A DNA stretch of 64,000 nucleotides, taken from assembly GCA_965218975.1 (NCBI GenBank), contig OZ244717.1, positions 1,376,001-1,440,000 on the forward strand, read 5' to 3'. This document shows positions 52,163-63,719 of the stretch, one piece after another; position 1 is the first letter of the stretch; each line of letters begins with the position of its first letter. A model generated the notes under the pieces. The model searched no databases, was not told the DNA's origin, and worked only from the letters and a program-made list of their open reading frames with translations. Both the position numbers and the translations under genes were made by a program. This DNA is from Candidatus Oxydemutatoraceae bacterium (GTDB taxonomy: Bacteria; Pseudomonadota; Gammaproteobacteria; Poriferisulfidales; Oxydemutatoraceae).

Positions 52163-52987
52163 TTAATAATTAGTACGGAGCAATTCATTGATGCCAACTT
52201 TATCAAGTGTTTTTTGGTCAACTCGTTTGACGATAACCGCGCAGTATAGGCTATATGATCCGTTTCGAGAAGGTAGATTCCCCGGGACAACGACCGATCT
52301 TGCCGGTACGCGACCATAAATTATTTCACCGGTCTCACGGTCGTAGATCCGCGTGCTTTGTCCGATATATACACCCATTGAAATTACTGAGCCTTTTTCA
52401 ACGATCACACCTTCAACGATTTCCGAACGCGCACCGATAAAGCAATTATCTTCGATGATAGTGGGTGTCGCTTGTAAGGGTTCCAGCACGCCGCCGATGC
52501 CAACGCCGCCTGACAGATGAACATTTTTTCCTATTTGTGCGCAAGAACCGACTGTCGCCCAAGTGTCAATCATCGTTCCATTGTCAACATATGCGCCGAT
52601 GTTGATGTATGACGGCATCATAATGACATTCGCAGCTTGGTACGATCCGTAGCGCGCCAATGCTGCAGGGACAATCCGTACTTGTGATCTTTGCAACTCG
52701 TCTTCATCGGATCGAGCATACTTCAACGGCACTTTATCGTAGAAATGTGTATAAGCCGCGTCTATTTTTTTATTGGAATTTAGGCGAAAGTAAAGTAGTA
52801 CAGCTTTTTTGAGCCATGTATTTACATGCCAACTATTATTTATTTTCTCGGCAACACGTAGTTCACCGCAATTTAAACCCGCAATGCAATCGTTAACCGC
52901 TTGGTTGATTTCAGGCGAAATCAAGCGCGGGGATAAATCATTCAATTGCTCAAATGCTTGAGTGATAACAGGTTCTAATTTATGCAT
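52163..52987 (-). CDS. dapD: Tetrahydrodipicolinate N-succinyltransferase
   Basis: [16 protein letters not shown] and [14 protein letters not shown] motifs. Confidence 0.97.
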   Translation of the reverse strand: MHKLEPVITQAFEQLNDLSPRLISPEINQAVNDCIAGLNCGELRVAEKINNSWHVNTWLKKAVLLYFRLNSNKKIDAAYTHFYDKVPLKYARSDEDELQRSQVRIVPAALARYGSYQAANVIMMPSYINIGAYVDNGTMIDTWATVGSCAQIGKNVHLSGGVGIGGVLEPLQATPTIIEDNCFIGARSEIVEGVIVEKGSVISMGVYIGQSTRIYDRETGEIIYGRVPARSVVVPGNLPSRNGSYSLYCAVIVKRVDQKTLDKVGINELLRTNY

Positions 52988-52990
52988 GTT

Positions 52991-53842
52991 TTATCTCATT
53001 GCGATGGGAATTTCATCACCGATCGACCAGTCTGCACTTTCATTCGGTCGCAATGTCAAAATTTCATGTCCTTCCTCAGTTACTGCAACCGTGTGTTCCC
53101 ATTGTGCCGATAGCAAGTGATCGTTAGTGACGACTGTCCAATTGTCAGGCAATAGTTTAACTTCGTAAGTACCGGCGTTAATCATCGGTTCGACCGTTAG
53201 GGTCATACCTGGCATCAGTTCAAGCCCGGTATTTGGCTTACCGTAATGCAATACCGATGGTGATTCGTGAAATTCGATGCCAATACCATGACCGCAGTAA
53301 TCGCGCACGACACTATAACGACGGTTTTCGGCATGCACTTGGATGGCATGTCCGATATCGCCAAGACGTATACCAGGACGAATTGCCATAATACCGAGAC
53401 GCATCGCTTCATAAGTAGTTTCTACCAAACGACGTGCTTGCACCGATGGTTTGCCGATATAAAACATGCAACTACTGTCACCGTGATAACCGTCTTTAAT
53501 AACCGTTACATCAATATTAAGGATATCACCGGCTTTGAGTTGACGATCGCCGGGAATCCCATGGCAGACTTGGTGATTAATGGACGTGCAAATTGATTTC
53601 GGAAAGCCGCGATAGTTTAGTGGCGCTGGAATGCAATCAATCTCATCAGTGATATAATGATGACAAATCCGATCAAGTTCGGCAGTGGTCACCCCGATAC
53701 GAACGTGCTTGCTAATCATCATTAGCGTCTGTGCTGTCAATCGCCCGGCAACTCGCATTTTCTCAAGTGCCTCGGAACTTTTGATAGTAATTCCGGAGTA
53801 ATGGCCATTATACGAATCTTTGTATTTTTCTTGTGTGGTCAT
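52991..53842 (-). CDS. map: Methionine aminopeptidase type I
   Basis: VCHGIP, GHGIG..FHE and SAQWEHT motifs. Confidence 0.97.
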   Translation of the reverse strand: MTTQEKYKDSYNGHYSGITIKSSEALEKMRVAGRLTAQTLMMISKHVRIGVTTAELDRICHHYITDEIDCIPAPLNYRGFPKSICTSINHQVCHGIPGDRQLKAGDILNIDVTVIKDGYHGDSSCMFYIGKPSVQARRLVETTYEAMRLGIMAIRPGIRLGDIGHAIQVHAENRRYSVVRDYCGHGIGIEFHESPSVLHYGKPNTGLELMPGMTLTVEPMINAGTYEVKLLPDNWTVVTNDHLLSAQWEHTVAVTEEGHEILTLRPNESADWSIGDEIPIAMR

Positions 53843-54075
53843 TAGTTTGAAAAGCGAGTGAATATAGATCGTATTAATAATTTCAGACTTAAATCGGACC
53901 TAAAATGTACTAGCGGCTTTGTAAAATTATGGTTTTCGTTGATTTTATGTTAGACTCCTTAATAAATCTACCGCAAATAAATCCAAGCGCCATTCAATGA
54001 ACGATGGTCACTGCTTATTCTGTTAGGTTAATAGTAGGGTTAGTGAGCATGAATCCGTTAGGGTGAGGAGGCTTT

Positions 54076-54954
54076 ATGCCTGAAGTTACAATCCGCCAGA
54101 TGTTTGAAGCTGGCATACATTTCGGACATCAAGCAAGGTTTTGGAATCCGAAGATGGCGCCGTATATTTATGCGGAGCGCAATAAAATTCACATCATTGA
54201 TTTAGATCAAACTTTACCGCTTCTGAAAGAAGCGTTGGCTTTTTTAAAGAATTCCGCTAAAGAAGGGAAGGTTATTACATTTGTTGGGACGAAGCGTGCC
54301 GCTCAAGAAGCGATTCATGAGCACGCCGAGCGATGTGGCATGCCGTATGTTGAACAACGTTGGCTCGGCGGAATGCTGACTAATTTCAAAACTATTAATC
54401 AATCCATTCGGCATTATAAAAGACTGGAAGAAGAGTATGAAAAAACAAACTTCGGCGATATGAGCAAGAAAGAACGCCTGATGAAAACCCGTGAACTAGA
54501 TAAATTGCGCAAAGTTATTTACGGCATTAAAGATATTCGACGGATTCCGGACGTGCTCTTCGTGATTGATGTGCGGTATGAGAGCATTGCGGTCAAAGAA
54601 GCGGCAAAGTTGGGGATTAAAGTGGTTGCAATCGTAGATACCAACAATTCCTTAGATTATGTTGCCTATCCGATTCCCGGCAATGATGACGCCATCAGCG
54701 CCATTCAGTTGTACGCTTCGGTGGTGGCGGATGCGATCCTTGAAGGAATTAAAGAGGGCAAAGAAGACGGCGAGTATGTTGAGATTGATGAAGAAGCTAA
54801 AGAAGATCCCAACGCTCCGAAAATAGAGATGAAAAAATCGCTTAAAGCATCAATCATTCAAGATGGAATTACCAGTGGTAATAACGCAGAGGCTGCGGAC
54901 CAGTTGACATCCGAGTCGGAGACAGTAACGGACAGAACGGCATCTACCGAATGA
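54076..54954 (+). CDS. rpsB: 30S ribosomal protein S2
   Basis: AGIHFGHQ, WLGGMLTN and PGNDDA motifs. Confidence 0.98.
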   Translation: MPEVTIRQMFEAGIHFGHQARFWNPKMAPYIYAERNKIHIIDLDQTLPLLKEALAFLKNSAKEGKVITFVGTKRAAQEAIHEHAERCGMPYVEQRWLGGMLTNFKTINQSIRHYKRLEEEYEKTNFGDMSKKERLMKTRELDKLRKVIYGIKDIRRIPDVLFVIDVRYESIAVKEAAKLGIKVVAIVDTNNSLDYVAYPIPGNDDAISAIQLYASVVADAILEGIKEGKEDGEYVEIDEEAKEDPNAPKIEMKKSLKASIIQDGITSGNNAEAADQLTSESETVTDRTASTE

Positions 54955-55003
54955 AAAAAGCGCGAACTCATAGAAATATAACTAATCAAAAAGGGAAGAA
55001 ACA

Positions 55004-55879
55004 ATGCAAATAACTGCTACCATGGTCAAAGAACTGCGCGAACGCACGGGGGCCGGCATGATGGAATGTAAGAAATTTCTCAAAGAAGCGGAAGGAGATG
55101 CTGAGTGTGCGATTGAATTGTTGCGTAAATCAGGACAATTGAAAGCTGACAGGCGTTCGGGAAAAACGGCAGCAGAAGGGGTGGTTAAAATCGTCGGACA
55201 CGGTCAACGATATGCGTTGGTAGAAATCAATTGCGAAACCGATTTTGTCGCTCGCGACCCTGCTTTTTCTAAATTTGCGGATCAAGTCGCCGATTTGATT
55301 CTTCGGCAACAACCGGATAGTCTTGATACACTGGCAAACATAATGATAAATGGTCACACTATTGAAAAAAAGCGTTTGGATTTAATCAGTAAGGTTGGTG
55401 AAAACATTCAAGTGCGCCGCTTTGAATGTGTACATCTGCGAGGCGATACTTCAGCAGTTTATATGCATGGTAATCGAATTTCAGTATTGCTAGATATGCA
55501 AGATGGTAATGCCGTTTTAGCAAGAGATATTGCAATGCATATTGCCGCGAGTCGTCCGGTCTGTATTGCTGAAGCTGATGTGCCTCGGGAGATGATAGAT
55601 AGAGAACGAAGAATTTTATCCGAGCAGGCTGCTGAAAGCGGCAAGCCTGCTGACATTATTGAGCGAATCATTACCGGGAGAGTTAAGAAATTTATTAGTG
55701 AAATTACACTGTTAGGGCAAAAATTTGTTAAAGAGCCTGATAAGACGATACAGACTCTACTAAAAGAAAATAATGCTGAAATAGTGATGTTCTACCGTTA
55801 TGAACTAGGTGAAGGAATTGAAAAGAAGCAGGAAAATTTTGCTGACGAAGTGATGGCTCAAGTGCAGGGTACGGGGTAA
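55004..55879 (+). CDS. tsf: Elongation factor Ts
   Basis: [16 protein letters not shown] and NCETDFVA motifs. Confidence 0.98.
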   Translation: MQITATMVKELRERTGAGMMECKKFLKEAEGDAECAIELLRKSGQLKADRRSGKTAAEGVVKIVGHGQRYALVEINCETDFVARDPAFSKFADQVADLILRQQPDSLDTLANIMINGHTIEKKRLDLISKVGENIQVRRFECVHLRGDTSAVYMHGNRISVLLDMQDGNAVLARDIAMHIAASRPVCIAEADVPREMIDRERRILSEQAAESGKPADIIERIITGRVKKFISEITLLGQKFVKEPDKTIQTLLKENNAEIVMFYRYELGEGIEKKQENFADEVMAQVQGTG

Positions 55880-55908
55880 TAGCCAATTCCGGCGGTTTAA
55901 AGAGCATA

Positions 55909-56619
55909 TTGTTTCATCTTGAGTATCAACGCGTTCTTTTAAAGTTAAGCGGTGAAGCTTTAGGGTCCGCAGATTACAGCATTGATCCTCGCATCATACG
56001 GAGAATTTCCGAAGAAATTAAAAAAGCTCACGACGGCGGAGTAGAAATTGCTATCGTGATTGGCGGCGGTAATATTTTTCGTGGGAAAAGTTTGACCATA
56101 GATAGAATAGATCGCACTACCGGCGACCACATGGGAATGTTGGCGACTGTAATCAATTCACTAGCGATGCAGGACCAGCTCGAGAAAATAAAAGTTCCGA
56201 CACGAGTAATGTCGGCAATTAGCATCAATGCGGTAAGTGAGACTTATATTCGTCGCCGTGCGATACGTCATTTGGAAAAACGCCGCGTTGTTATTTTTGC
56301 TGCAGGCACCGGCAACCCTTTCTTTACCACCGATACGGCAGCAAGCTTGCGGGCAGCGGAAATCGGCGCACAGATTATGATCAAAGGAACGAAAGTCGAC
56401 GGTGTGTACGCGGCGGACCCAATAGTTAAACCGGATGCTCAATTTTATCCCGAACTAAGTTATCAGCGGGCGCTTGATGATAATTTAACGGTGATGGATG
56501 CAACAGCCATTGTGATGTGTCAAGAAAATCAGATACCATTTAGAGTGTTTAACATCATGCAACGAGATGCATTGAAAAAAATTGTTGTCGGCGAAGCAAT
56601 AGGAACGTTGGTATCTTAA
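55909..56619 (+). CDS. pyrH: UMP kinase
   Basis: LLKLSGEAL and [10 protein letters not shown] motifs. Confidence 0.97.
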   Translation: MFHLEYQRVLLKLSGEALGSADYSIDPRIIRRISEEIKKAHDGGVEIAIVIGGGNIFRGKSLTIDRIDRTTGDHMGMLATVINSLAMQDQLEKIKVPTRVMSAISINAVSETYIRRRAIRHLEKRRVVIFAAGTGNPFFTTDTAASLRAAEIGAQIMIKGTKVDGVYAADPIVKPDAQFYPELSYQRALDDNLTVMDATAIVMCQENQIPFRVFNIMQRDALKKIVVGEAIGTLVS

Positions 56620-56633
56620 AACTGAGGAAGAAT

Positions 56634-57191
56634 ATGGCGACAGACATATTTCGACAAGCCAAGCAGAAAATGGAAAAAACTATCACGGTGCTTCATAGCG
56701 AACTATCCAAAATTCGGACCGGGCGCGCGCATCCGAGCTTGCTGGATCATATTACTGTTCCGTATTACTCAAGCGATGTTCCGCTAAGTCAAGTGTGTAA
56801 TATTTCAACCGAGCAAGCGACGGTATTGGTGCTGAATGTTTGGGAAAAATCAATGGCTGGCGAAGTTGAAAGAGCGGTCCGTAATTCTGATCTTGGTTTG
56901 AATCCGGCAGGCAGCGGAAATATCGTGCGTATTGCAATACCGCCATTGACTGAAGAGCGGCGCAAAGAAATGGTGAAAATGGTGCATAAACTGAGCGAGA
57001 ATGCCAAAGTTGCAGTACGTAATATCCGGCGCGATGCCAATCAGCATTTGAAAAAAGCATTAAAAACGAAAGAGATTTCTGAGGATAAGGAGAAAGAAGA
57101 GATGGATGTGATTCAGAAGCTTACCGATCAGCATATTCAGCAAGTTGATGAAATTCTTTGTGAAAAAGAGAAAGAGTTGATGTCGATTTGA
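56634..57191 (+). CDS. frr: Ribosome recycling factor
   Basis: IRTGRAHP, PPLTEERR and RNIRRDAN motifs. Confidence 0.97.
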   Translation: MATDIFRQAKQKMEKTITVLHSELSKIRTGRAHPSLLDHITVPYYSSDVPLSQVCNISTEQATVLVLNVWEKSMAGEVERAVRNSDLGLNPAGSGNIVRIAIPPLTEERRKEMVKMVHKLSENAKVAVRNIRRDANQHLKKALKTKEISEDKEKEEMDVIQKLTDQHIQQVDEILCEKEKELMSI

Positions 57192-57212
57192 TTCTCATTT
57201 TAATGATTTGCA

Positions 57213-57908
57213 ATGGCGAATATACCTAAACATATTGCGATCATTATGGATGGTAATGGCCGCTGGGCACAAGCCAAAGAGCAGCCGCGCATTTATGGCC
57301 ACGAGCATGGCGTAGAAGCGGCACGGGACATTGTATTAGCGAGCGCTGATCGTGGTGTTCGGACTCTAACTCTGTTTGCGTTTAGCACTGAAAATCAACG
57401 CCGCCCTCAGAATGAAATCATAGAATTGATGGAATTATTTGCTCGATCTTTGCAAGATGAAGTCGGAGAATGGCTAAAGTATCAAATTCGCCTGCGTTTT
57501 ATTGGTTCATTGTCTTTTTTTGGCGCCAATTTATGTAAAAAATTCGACGACATTGAAAACAAAACCGCAGATATGCAAAGAATGCTGTTAAATGTTGCAG
57601 TTAATTACAGCGGCCGTTGGGATATCCTTAATGCGACACGAGAAATAATCAGTCAAAAGCTGCTAGGGAGTCAAACGATAACCGAGGAGTTGATGAACAA
57701 ACAATTGCTAATTGACGATGTTGATTTATTGATTCGCACCGGCGGGGAGCGGCGTATCAGTAATTTCATGCTATGGCAGAGTGCTTACGCTGAGCTATAT
57801 TTTAGTGATAGTTTATGGCCTGATTTTTCAGTGGCTGAACTTGACGAAGCAATTTGCTGGTATTCACAACGCGAACGCCGTTTTGGTCATCTGTCAGAAC
57901 AAGCTTAG
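57213..57908 (+). CDS. uppS: Undecaprenyl diphosphate synthase
   Basis: HIAIIMDGNGRWA and IRTGGERRISNF motifs. Confidence 0.96.
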   Translation: MANIPKHIAIIMDGNGRWAQAKEQPRIYGHEHGVEAARDIVLASADRGVRTLTLFAFSTENQRRPQNEIIELMELFARSLQDEVGEWLKYQIRLRFIGSLSFFGANLCKKFDDIENKTADMQRMLLNVAVNYSGRWDILNATREIISQKLLGSQTITEELMNKQLLIDDVDLLIRTGGERRISNFMLWQSAYAELYFSDSLWPDFSVAELDEAICWYSQRERRFGHLSEQA

Positions 57909-57909
57909 G

Positions 57910-58731
57910 ATGAGCAATCAACCAATTAATCGCTCATCCGTAAAGATCCGTTTATCAGTAGGTGCGGTGGCTGGCGCTGTGGTTGCCGCTGCGATGGTAT
58001 TTCTTCGGACCGAAGCTATTGCCGTATCCTTTGCCATAATTGCGCTGGCGATTAGCTGGGAGTGGGGATGCTTGAATGAACGCGGCGTAACCCGTGCGTT
58101 ATTGCATCCGGGTTTATTATTTCTGTTATTGTTATATATGATAGTGCAGCCTGTGCTAGTGTGGATAGAGATAATTTTATACCTTGCAACCATTTGGTGG
58201 ACGGTGATGTTCGTGATTGTTACTGCTTATCAGCCGAATTGGCGTGATACGCTTTGGTTAGGTTGGTTGTTTCGTATCGGGTCTATCATTGCTATCACGG
58301 CAGCATGGCTTGCGATCGTATTACTGCATCAAGCAAATGTTTACGATTTACTTTATTTAATAGGATTGGTCGTCACCGTTGACACGGTTGCTTATATTTC
58401 TGGGATATTATGGGGTCGGCGTAAGTTAATGCCCGACATCAGTCCACACAAGACTTATGCGGGTTTATGGGGCGCATTAGCGGGAGTGCTTATTTTATCA
58501 GCAACGGTTTCCGCATGGAATTATCCGACTTGGGCTAGTGGAATAAACTTCGTGTGGATGAGTTTGTTAATTGCGATGGTTGCCATCATCGGGGATTTTT
58601 CCGAGAGCCTGCTAAAGCGTCGGGCGAGAGTAAAGGATAGCGGTTTTTTACTACCGGGACACGGCGGTTTACTGGACCGTGCCGATAGTTTTCTTGCGGC
58701 AGCGCCAATCTTCGTGTTAATTCAGTATTAG
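57910..58731 (+). CDS. cdsA: Phosphatidate cytidylyltransferase
   Basis: ISPHKT and GD..ES.LKR..VKDSG..LPGHGGLLDR motifs. Confidence 0.93.
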   Translation: MSNQPINRSSVKIRLSVGAVAGAVVAAAMVFLRTEAIAVSFAIIALAISWEWGCLNERGVTRALLHPGLLFLLLLYMIVQPVLVWIEIILYLATIWWTVMFVIVTAYQPNWRDTLWLGWLFRIGSIIAITAAWLAIVLLHQANVYDLLYLIGLVVTVDTVAYISGILWGRRKLMPDISPHKTYAGLWGALAGVLILSATVSAWNYPTWASGINFVWMSLLIAMVAIIGDFSESLLKRRARVKDSGFLLPGHGGLLDRADSFLAAAPIFVLIQY

Positions 58732-58778
58732 ACAAAAACACGAGTCGGCGCATTAGGCGAAGTTTTAATTTTTTGATA

Positions 58779-59993
58779 ATGTCGAAACAATCCATCACGA
58801 TACTAGGTGCTACCGGCAGTATCGGTTGTCGCGCATTGGATGTGATTGCTCGACATCGTGACCGCTATCGGGTTTTTGCTTTAACCGCAAAAAGTAACAT
58901 TCAATATCTTGTTCAGCAATGCCGTGAATTTGCGCCCCGTTACGCGGTGCTTTCTAAGTCGCATGATGTGAAGGATTTCAAGCGCGCGCTGGGAGGAAGC
59001 GATACGCAAGTGCTCGTGGGTCAGGATGCGCTAATAGAAGTTGCATCTCACGCACAATGTGATACCGTTTTGGCGGGTATCGTCGGCACTGCCGGACTAC
59101 TGCCGACTTTAGCCGCTGCCGAAGCGGGGAAACGCATCCTATTGGCAAATAAAGAAGTGTTGGTCAGTGCCGGAGCGATTTTTATGCATGCGGTTGCGCA
59201 AAATAATGCACTGTTACTACCGATCGATAGCGAACACAATGGGTTATTTCAATGCCTAAATTCGAGGTGGACTGAAAAATTGAATCTGGAGAATGTTAAA
59301 AAATTTATTTTGACAGCATCTGGCGGTCCTTGTTTGCAAACTCCCTTAGCTGATTTACCTTACGTAACACCTGAGCAAGCTTGTGCGCATCCGAACTGGG
59401 AAATGGGAGCTAAAATCTCTGTTGATTCGGCAACAATGATGAATAAGGGTTTGGAAGTAATAGAAGCCTGTAGATTATTCCATCTGACGGCTAAGCAAAT
59501 TGAGATTGTAATCCATCCGCAGAGTTTGGTACATGCAATGGTATGCATGAAAGATGGTAGCGTGTTGGCGCAAATGTCACGACCGGATATGCGGGTGCCG
59601 ATCGCCCACGCGCTCGCTTGGCCACAAAGAATTGAGAGTGGTGTTACTCCTCTTGACCTTACTCAATGTCAAAATTTAACTTTCCAAGCAGTGGATTTTA
59701 ATAGGTTTCCATGTCTTTGTTTGGCATATCAAGCATTGAAAGAAGGAGAAGTTGCGTTGATCGCACTCAATGCCGCGAATGAGATAGCGGTATCGGAATT
59801 CCTTGCCGGCAAGATTAGTTTTGATATGATAGACCATGTTATTCGTGAAACTTTACAGTGTGTGATGACACAGGCGGTAGAGCATGCGGAAGCGGCAACG
59901 GTTGATATCCGCGTAGTTTTAGACATTGATCGATTAGCGCGCGAGCAAGCACACTCGGTTTTAAGCAACGTTAGTAAATCAGATATAATGTAA
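58779..59993 (+). CDS. dxr: 1-deoxy-D-xylulose-5-phosphate reductoisomerase
   Basis: LGATGSIG, LANKE, PIDSEH and HPNWEMG motifs. Confidence 0.97.
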   Translation: MSKQSITILGATGSIGCRALDVIARHRDRYRVFALTAKSNIQYLVQQCREFAPRYAVLSKSHDVKDFKRALGGSDTQVLVGQDALIEVASHAQCDTVLAGIVGTAGLLPTLAAAEAGKRILLANKEVLVSAGAIFMHAVAQNNALLLPIDSEHNGLFQCLNSRWTEKLNLENVKKFILTASGGPCLQTPLADLPYVTPEQACAHPNWEMGAKISVDSATMMNKGLEVIEACRLFHLTAKQIEIVIHPQSLVHAMVCMKDGSVLAQMSRPDMRVPIAHALAWPQRIESGVTPLDLTQCQNLTFQAVDFNRFPCLCLAYQALKEGEVALIALNAANEIAVSEFLAGKISFDMIDHVIRETLQCVMTQAVEHAEAATVDIRVVLDIDRLAREQAHSVLSNVSKSDIM

Positions 59994-60037
59994 AGCTGCT
60001 GAATTGAATGTAGCTAAAGGCAGCAGCCATTGAATTA

Positions 60038-61393
60038 ATGAGTTTTTTATCCTTAGTTTTTAGCTTTATTTTGACCATCGTTATTTTGGTTTCATTCCAT
60101 GAGTATGGTCATTTTTGGGTCGCACGCAAGTGCGGCGTAAAAGTGCTGCGTTTTTCAATTGGCTTCGGTAAACCGCTATGGTGCTGGCAGAGTAAAGACA
60201 ATGTTGAGTACGTTATTGCTGCGATTCCACTTGGCGGGTATGTCAAAATGCTCGATAAACGTGAAGTTGCGGTTGCCGAATCTGAAATGAGCCAAGAATT
60301 TAACTCGCAGCCGCTTGCAGTGCGAACCGCAATCGTTGCGGCCGGGCCGGTATTTAATTTTATTCTTGCATTAATTCTTTATTTCATCATGTTTATTATC
60401 GGGGTTTCTTCAATATTACCGATTGTCGGGTCAGTGACTCTCGGAAGCCCTGCCGCTGATGCCGGAATACGTGAAGGCGATCGAATTGTTATGGTGGATG
60501 ATCAAATAGTTGAAACTTGGCGCGAAGCAATTTTAGAGTTGATTAGCGCTGATCCGAATAATTCAGCTCTTATGGTGACAGTACGTGATAAAGATCAACT
60601 TGATCGGAAAGTGTTTTTAGATATGCGCAGGACAGATTTATTGAGTGAAGATTCGGGCATAGAAAGCCTCGGGCTCAAATCAGCGCCACCGGATTTACCG
60701 CCGATAATCGGCAAAGTTTCTACCGGTAGTGCAGCGCAAAGAGGCAGCTTGATGGTTGGCGATAAGATTGTCGCATTTAATGAGCGTAATATTGTTTCTT
60801 GGCAAGCGTTAGTCCGACAAATCCGGGATTACCCTGATCAGGAAGTGATGATTACTATTGAGCGCGAAGGTCAACGGATGAATGTTACTTTGCGATTAGA
60901 TTCAACTATTAGCGACGGCAGACGTATAGGACAAATGGGTGTACAAGTGCGAGTTGATGAAGCGACCATAGCAAGTTATCAAATACATCGTCGTTATGGA
61001 ATAATTGACTCTTTTATGCTGGCGGCGGAAAAAACTTGGGACATGAGCTTATTGACGCTAAAAATCTTATGGCGTTTACTAACCGGTAACGCTGCGGCAA
61101 GCAACATTGGCGGTCCTTTGGCAATTGCGCAATTTGCCAGTCTTTCATTTGCCGCCGGAATCACCGCTTACCTTGGCTTGCTTGCTTTGCTTAGCATTAG
61201 CTTGGGAATTTTGAATCTACTACCGGTACCAATGCTTGACGGAGGACATTTACTTTACTATCTGATTGAGTTTGTCAAAGGATCTCCCGTGTCGGAAGCG
61301 ACACAGCTGAAGAGTACTAAAATTGGACTTTTTTTAATTGTCGGATTAATTATTTTTGCCCTGTATAACGACTTGCATCGTTTTTTTAGCTAA
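60038..61393 (+). CDS. rseP: RIP metalloprotease RseP
   Basis: HEYGH, two PDZ domains and NLLPVPMLDGG. Confidence 0.96.
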   Translation: MSFLSLVFSFILTIVILVSFHEYGHFWVARKCGVKVLRFSIGFGKPLWCWQSKDNVEYVIAAIPLGGYVKMLDKREVAVAESEMSQEFNSQPLAVRTAIVAAGPVFNFILALILYFIMFIIGVSSILPIVGSVTLGSPAADAGIREGDRIVMVDDQIVETWREAILELISADPNNSALMVTVRDKDQLDRKVFLDMRRTDLLSEDSGIESLGLKSAPPDLPPIIGKVSTGSAAQRGSLMVGDKIVAFNERNIVSWQALVRQIRDYPDQEVMITIEREGQRMNVTLRLDSTISDGRRIGQMGVQVRVDEATIASYQIHRRYGIIDSFMLAAEKTWDMSLLTLKILWRLLTGNAAASNIGGPLAIAQFASLSFAAGITAYLGLLALLSISLGILNLLPVPMLDGGHLLYYLIEFVKGSPVSEATQLKSTKIGLFLIVGLIIFALYNDLHRFFS

Positions 61394-61396
61394 CGT

Positions 61397-63706
61397 ATGA
61401 AAAAATTTAGCTGCCTTGCCGCAGTAGTTTTACTAATTTTTGCCTCATTACAAGTCTCTGCCTTCATCATTGAAGACATTGAAGTCAAAGGGCTTAAGCG
61501 TGTTTCTCCCGGCCGGGTTTTTTCAATTTTGCCATTACGAGTTTATCAAGATTTCAATGTAGATCATTCCGAAGACATTATCCAAACGCTGTACGCTACC
61601 GGCTTGTTTGACGATGTGACTTTACGACGGCATAACAATGAATTAGTCATTGAAGTAATTGAGCGTCCCGGGATCAAAGGTATCAATATTGTCGGAAATG
61701 AAACAATTGACGACGAACAACTGCTTGCCGGATTAGGAAAAGCAAATATTGCAGTCGGTTTGGTGTTTGATCGTTTGGCGCTTGAGCGATTGCGTAACGA
61801 ACTGAAAGAACAGTATTACGCAATCGGCAAATATGCCGCTCGTGTAAATACCAATATTGATGAGTTAGGCGATAATCAAGTTAATATCAGTGTCGATATC
61901 AATGAAGGTGAAATTGCGACAATTAAAAAGATCCGCATCATGGGCAATACTAAAATATCGGATAAGGAATTGTTGAAACAGTTTCAATCCGGGACGACAC
62001 GATGGTACGAATTTTGGAGCAGCAAGAACCATTACGCGCGCTCCAAGCTAATGGCTGATCTTGAAACCATGAATAATTTTTATCGAGACATCGGCTATCT
62101 TAATTTTGAAGTGGCCGAAATCAATGTTTCATTGAGTCCTGATAAGAAGGATATTTCTATTGATATTACAGTGCGTGAAGGAGGGCGTTATAGAGTTGGG
62201 GACATCGCTATTGCTGGGGAATTCAAGCTTGATCGCGAGAAAATTCAGGACCTAATTAGCCTAAAAAAGGGAGAAATTTTCTCACGCAGTAAAGCAGTGC
62301 GATCAAGCGAAGCAATTCGGCATCTATTACGTAATAACGGTTACGCATTTTCCGAAGTGAATCTTATGCCGCAGATACGGGAAGAAGAGGGCGCCGTTGA
62401 TGTTGCTTTTATCATAATACCTAAACAAGAGACGTATGTGCGCAGGATTAATATTACCGGGAATGAAGATACCAACGATGAAGTTTTTCGCCGTGAAATG
62501 AGGCAGTTAGAAGGCGCAAAATTTTCTGCAAGCAAAATTGAAAAGTCGCGTCGTCGGCTACAACGTCTGCCGTATGTGCAATCAGCGGAAATTTCCGATC
62601 ATCCGATTGAAGGTGTGAATAATCAAGTTGATTTGGATGTGAAAGTAGCCGAGAGGTTTTCCGGAAACTTTAATATCGGTGCGGGCTACTCTGATAGCTC
62701 CGGCGCGGTTTTATCGTTTTCGCTGAACCAAGAAAACTTTCTCGGTAGCGGTAATCGGATAAGTTTTACTTTTCGCAATAATGATTCCGATACCAGCTAT
62801 GCCATTGGGTTCTTGGATCCGTATTATAAATTGAGCGGAATCAGTAGATCGTGGCATGCCTCTTATCGTTCGGTAGACTATGAGCAACGCGAGATTACTA
62901 ATCTACTCTCATCGAAATCCGATGAATTACGCTTAAGGCTAAATTACGGCATCCCCATTTCGGAAAATGATGTGTTCGGAATCGGCGGACAAATTGAAGA
63001 CATCTCAATCACATTAAGCGAGGGCAGCAATCAAACAAACGATGTTAATCGGCGGGAAATCATTAATTGTATCGAAAAAAATGATGGCGAGTTCACCAAT
63101 TTCAGGTTGAATGGCAACATTAATTACGACACCAGAGATCGCGCCACTTTTACCACCGAAGGGACGAGGATTTCAGTATCGACGGAGCTGTACACGCCGC
63201 TAGGCGATTCCAATTACTTTAAAACGGACTACTCTCATCGGCATTATTTTCCGCTTGACGAAGAGAAAGATTTTGTATTATCGGCGCATGGCAATATATC
63301 GTATGCGCGCGCCTATAATAGTAGCTGTATTCCGTTTTTTGACAAGTACTATGCCGGCGGCGCCCGCACGATCCGCGGCTATGCCAACAACTCATTGGGA
63401 CCTCTTGATGATGACGGTGATAGCGTCGGCGGCAATTTTAGAGTGATCGGCAACTTTGATTTGTACTTTCCGACGGATTTCCTGTATGATAAGAGACGGT
63501 TTAGAACTAGTATTTTCGCCGATTTGGGGAATGCTTTCAGAAATGCGGAAGAATTTGAAACAAGCGAATTACGTGGCGCATTCGGACTGCAAGTACAATG
63601 GCTAACAGGGATTGGTGGAATTACTTTTAACTTTGCTTCGCATCTGAATGATCAGTCAGAAGACGATACGGAATCATTTCAATTCGAGCTGGGCACAAAC
63701 TTTTAA
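61397..63706 (+). CDS. bamA: Outer membrane protein assembly factor BamA
   Basis: Signal peptide, POTRA repeats, IRGY loop and C-terminal FQFELGTNF. Confidence 0.96.
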   Translation: MKKFSCLAAVVLLIFASLQVSAFIIEDIEVKGLKRVSPGRVFSILPLRVYQDFNVDHSEDIIQTLYATGLFDDVTLRRHNNELVIEVIERPGIKGINIVGNETIDDEQLLAGLGKANIAVGLVFDRLALERLRNELKEQYYAIGKYAARVNTNIDELGDNQVNISVDINEGEIATIKKIRIMGNTKISDKELLKQFQSGTTRWYEFWSSKNHYARSKLMADLETMNNFYRDIGYLNFEVAEINVSLSPDKKDISIDITVREGGRYRVGDIAIAGEFKLDREKIQDLISLKKGEIFSRSKAVRSSEAIRHLLRNNGYAFSEVNLMPQIREEEGAVDVAFIIIPKQETYVRRINITGNEDTNDEVFRREMRQLEGAKFSASKIEKSRRRLQRLPYVQSAEISDHPIEGVNNQVDLDVKVAERFSGNFNIGAGYSDSSGAVLSFSLNQENFLGSGNRISFTFRNNDSDTSYAIGFLDPYYKLSGISRSWHASYRSVDYEQREITNLLSSKSDELRLRLNYGIPISENDVFGIGGQIEDISITLSEGSNQTNDVNRREIINCIEKNDGEFTNFRLNGNINYDTRDRATFTTEGTRISVSTELYTPLGDSNYFKTDYSHRHYFPLDEEKDFVLSAHGNISYARAYNSSCIPFFDKYYAGGARTIRGYANNSLGPLDDDGDSVGGNFRVIGNFDLYFPTDFLYDKRRFRTSIFADLGNAFRNAEEFETSELRGAFGLQVQWLTGIGGITFNFASHLNDQSEDDTESFQFELGTNF

Positions 63707-63719
63707 GGAAATAATAAAG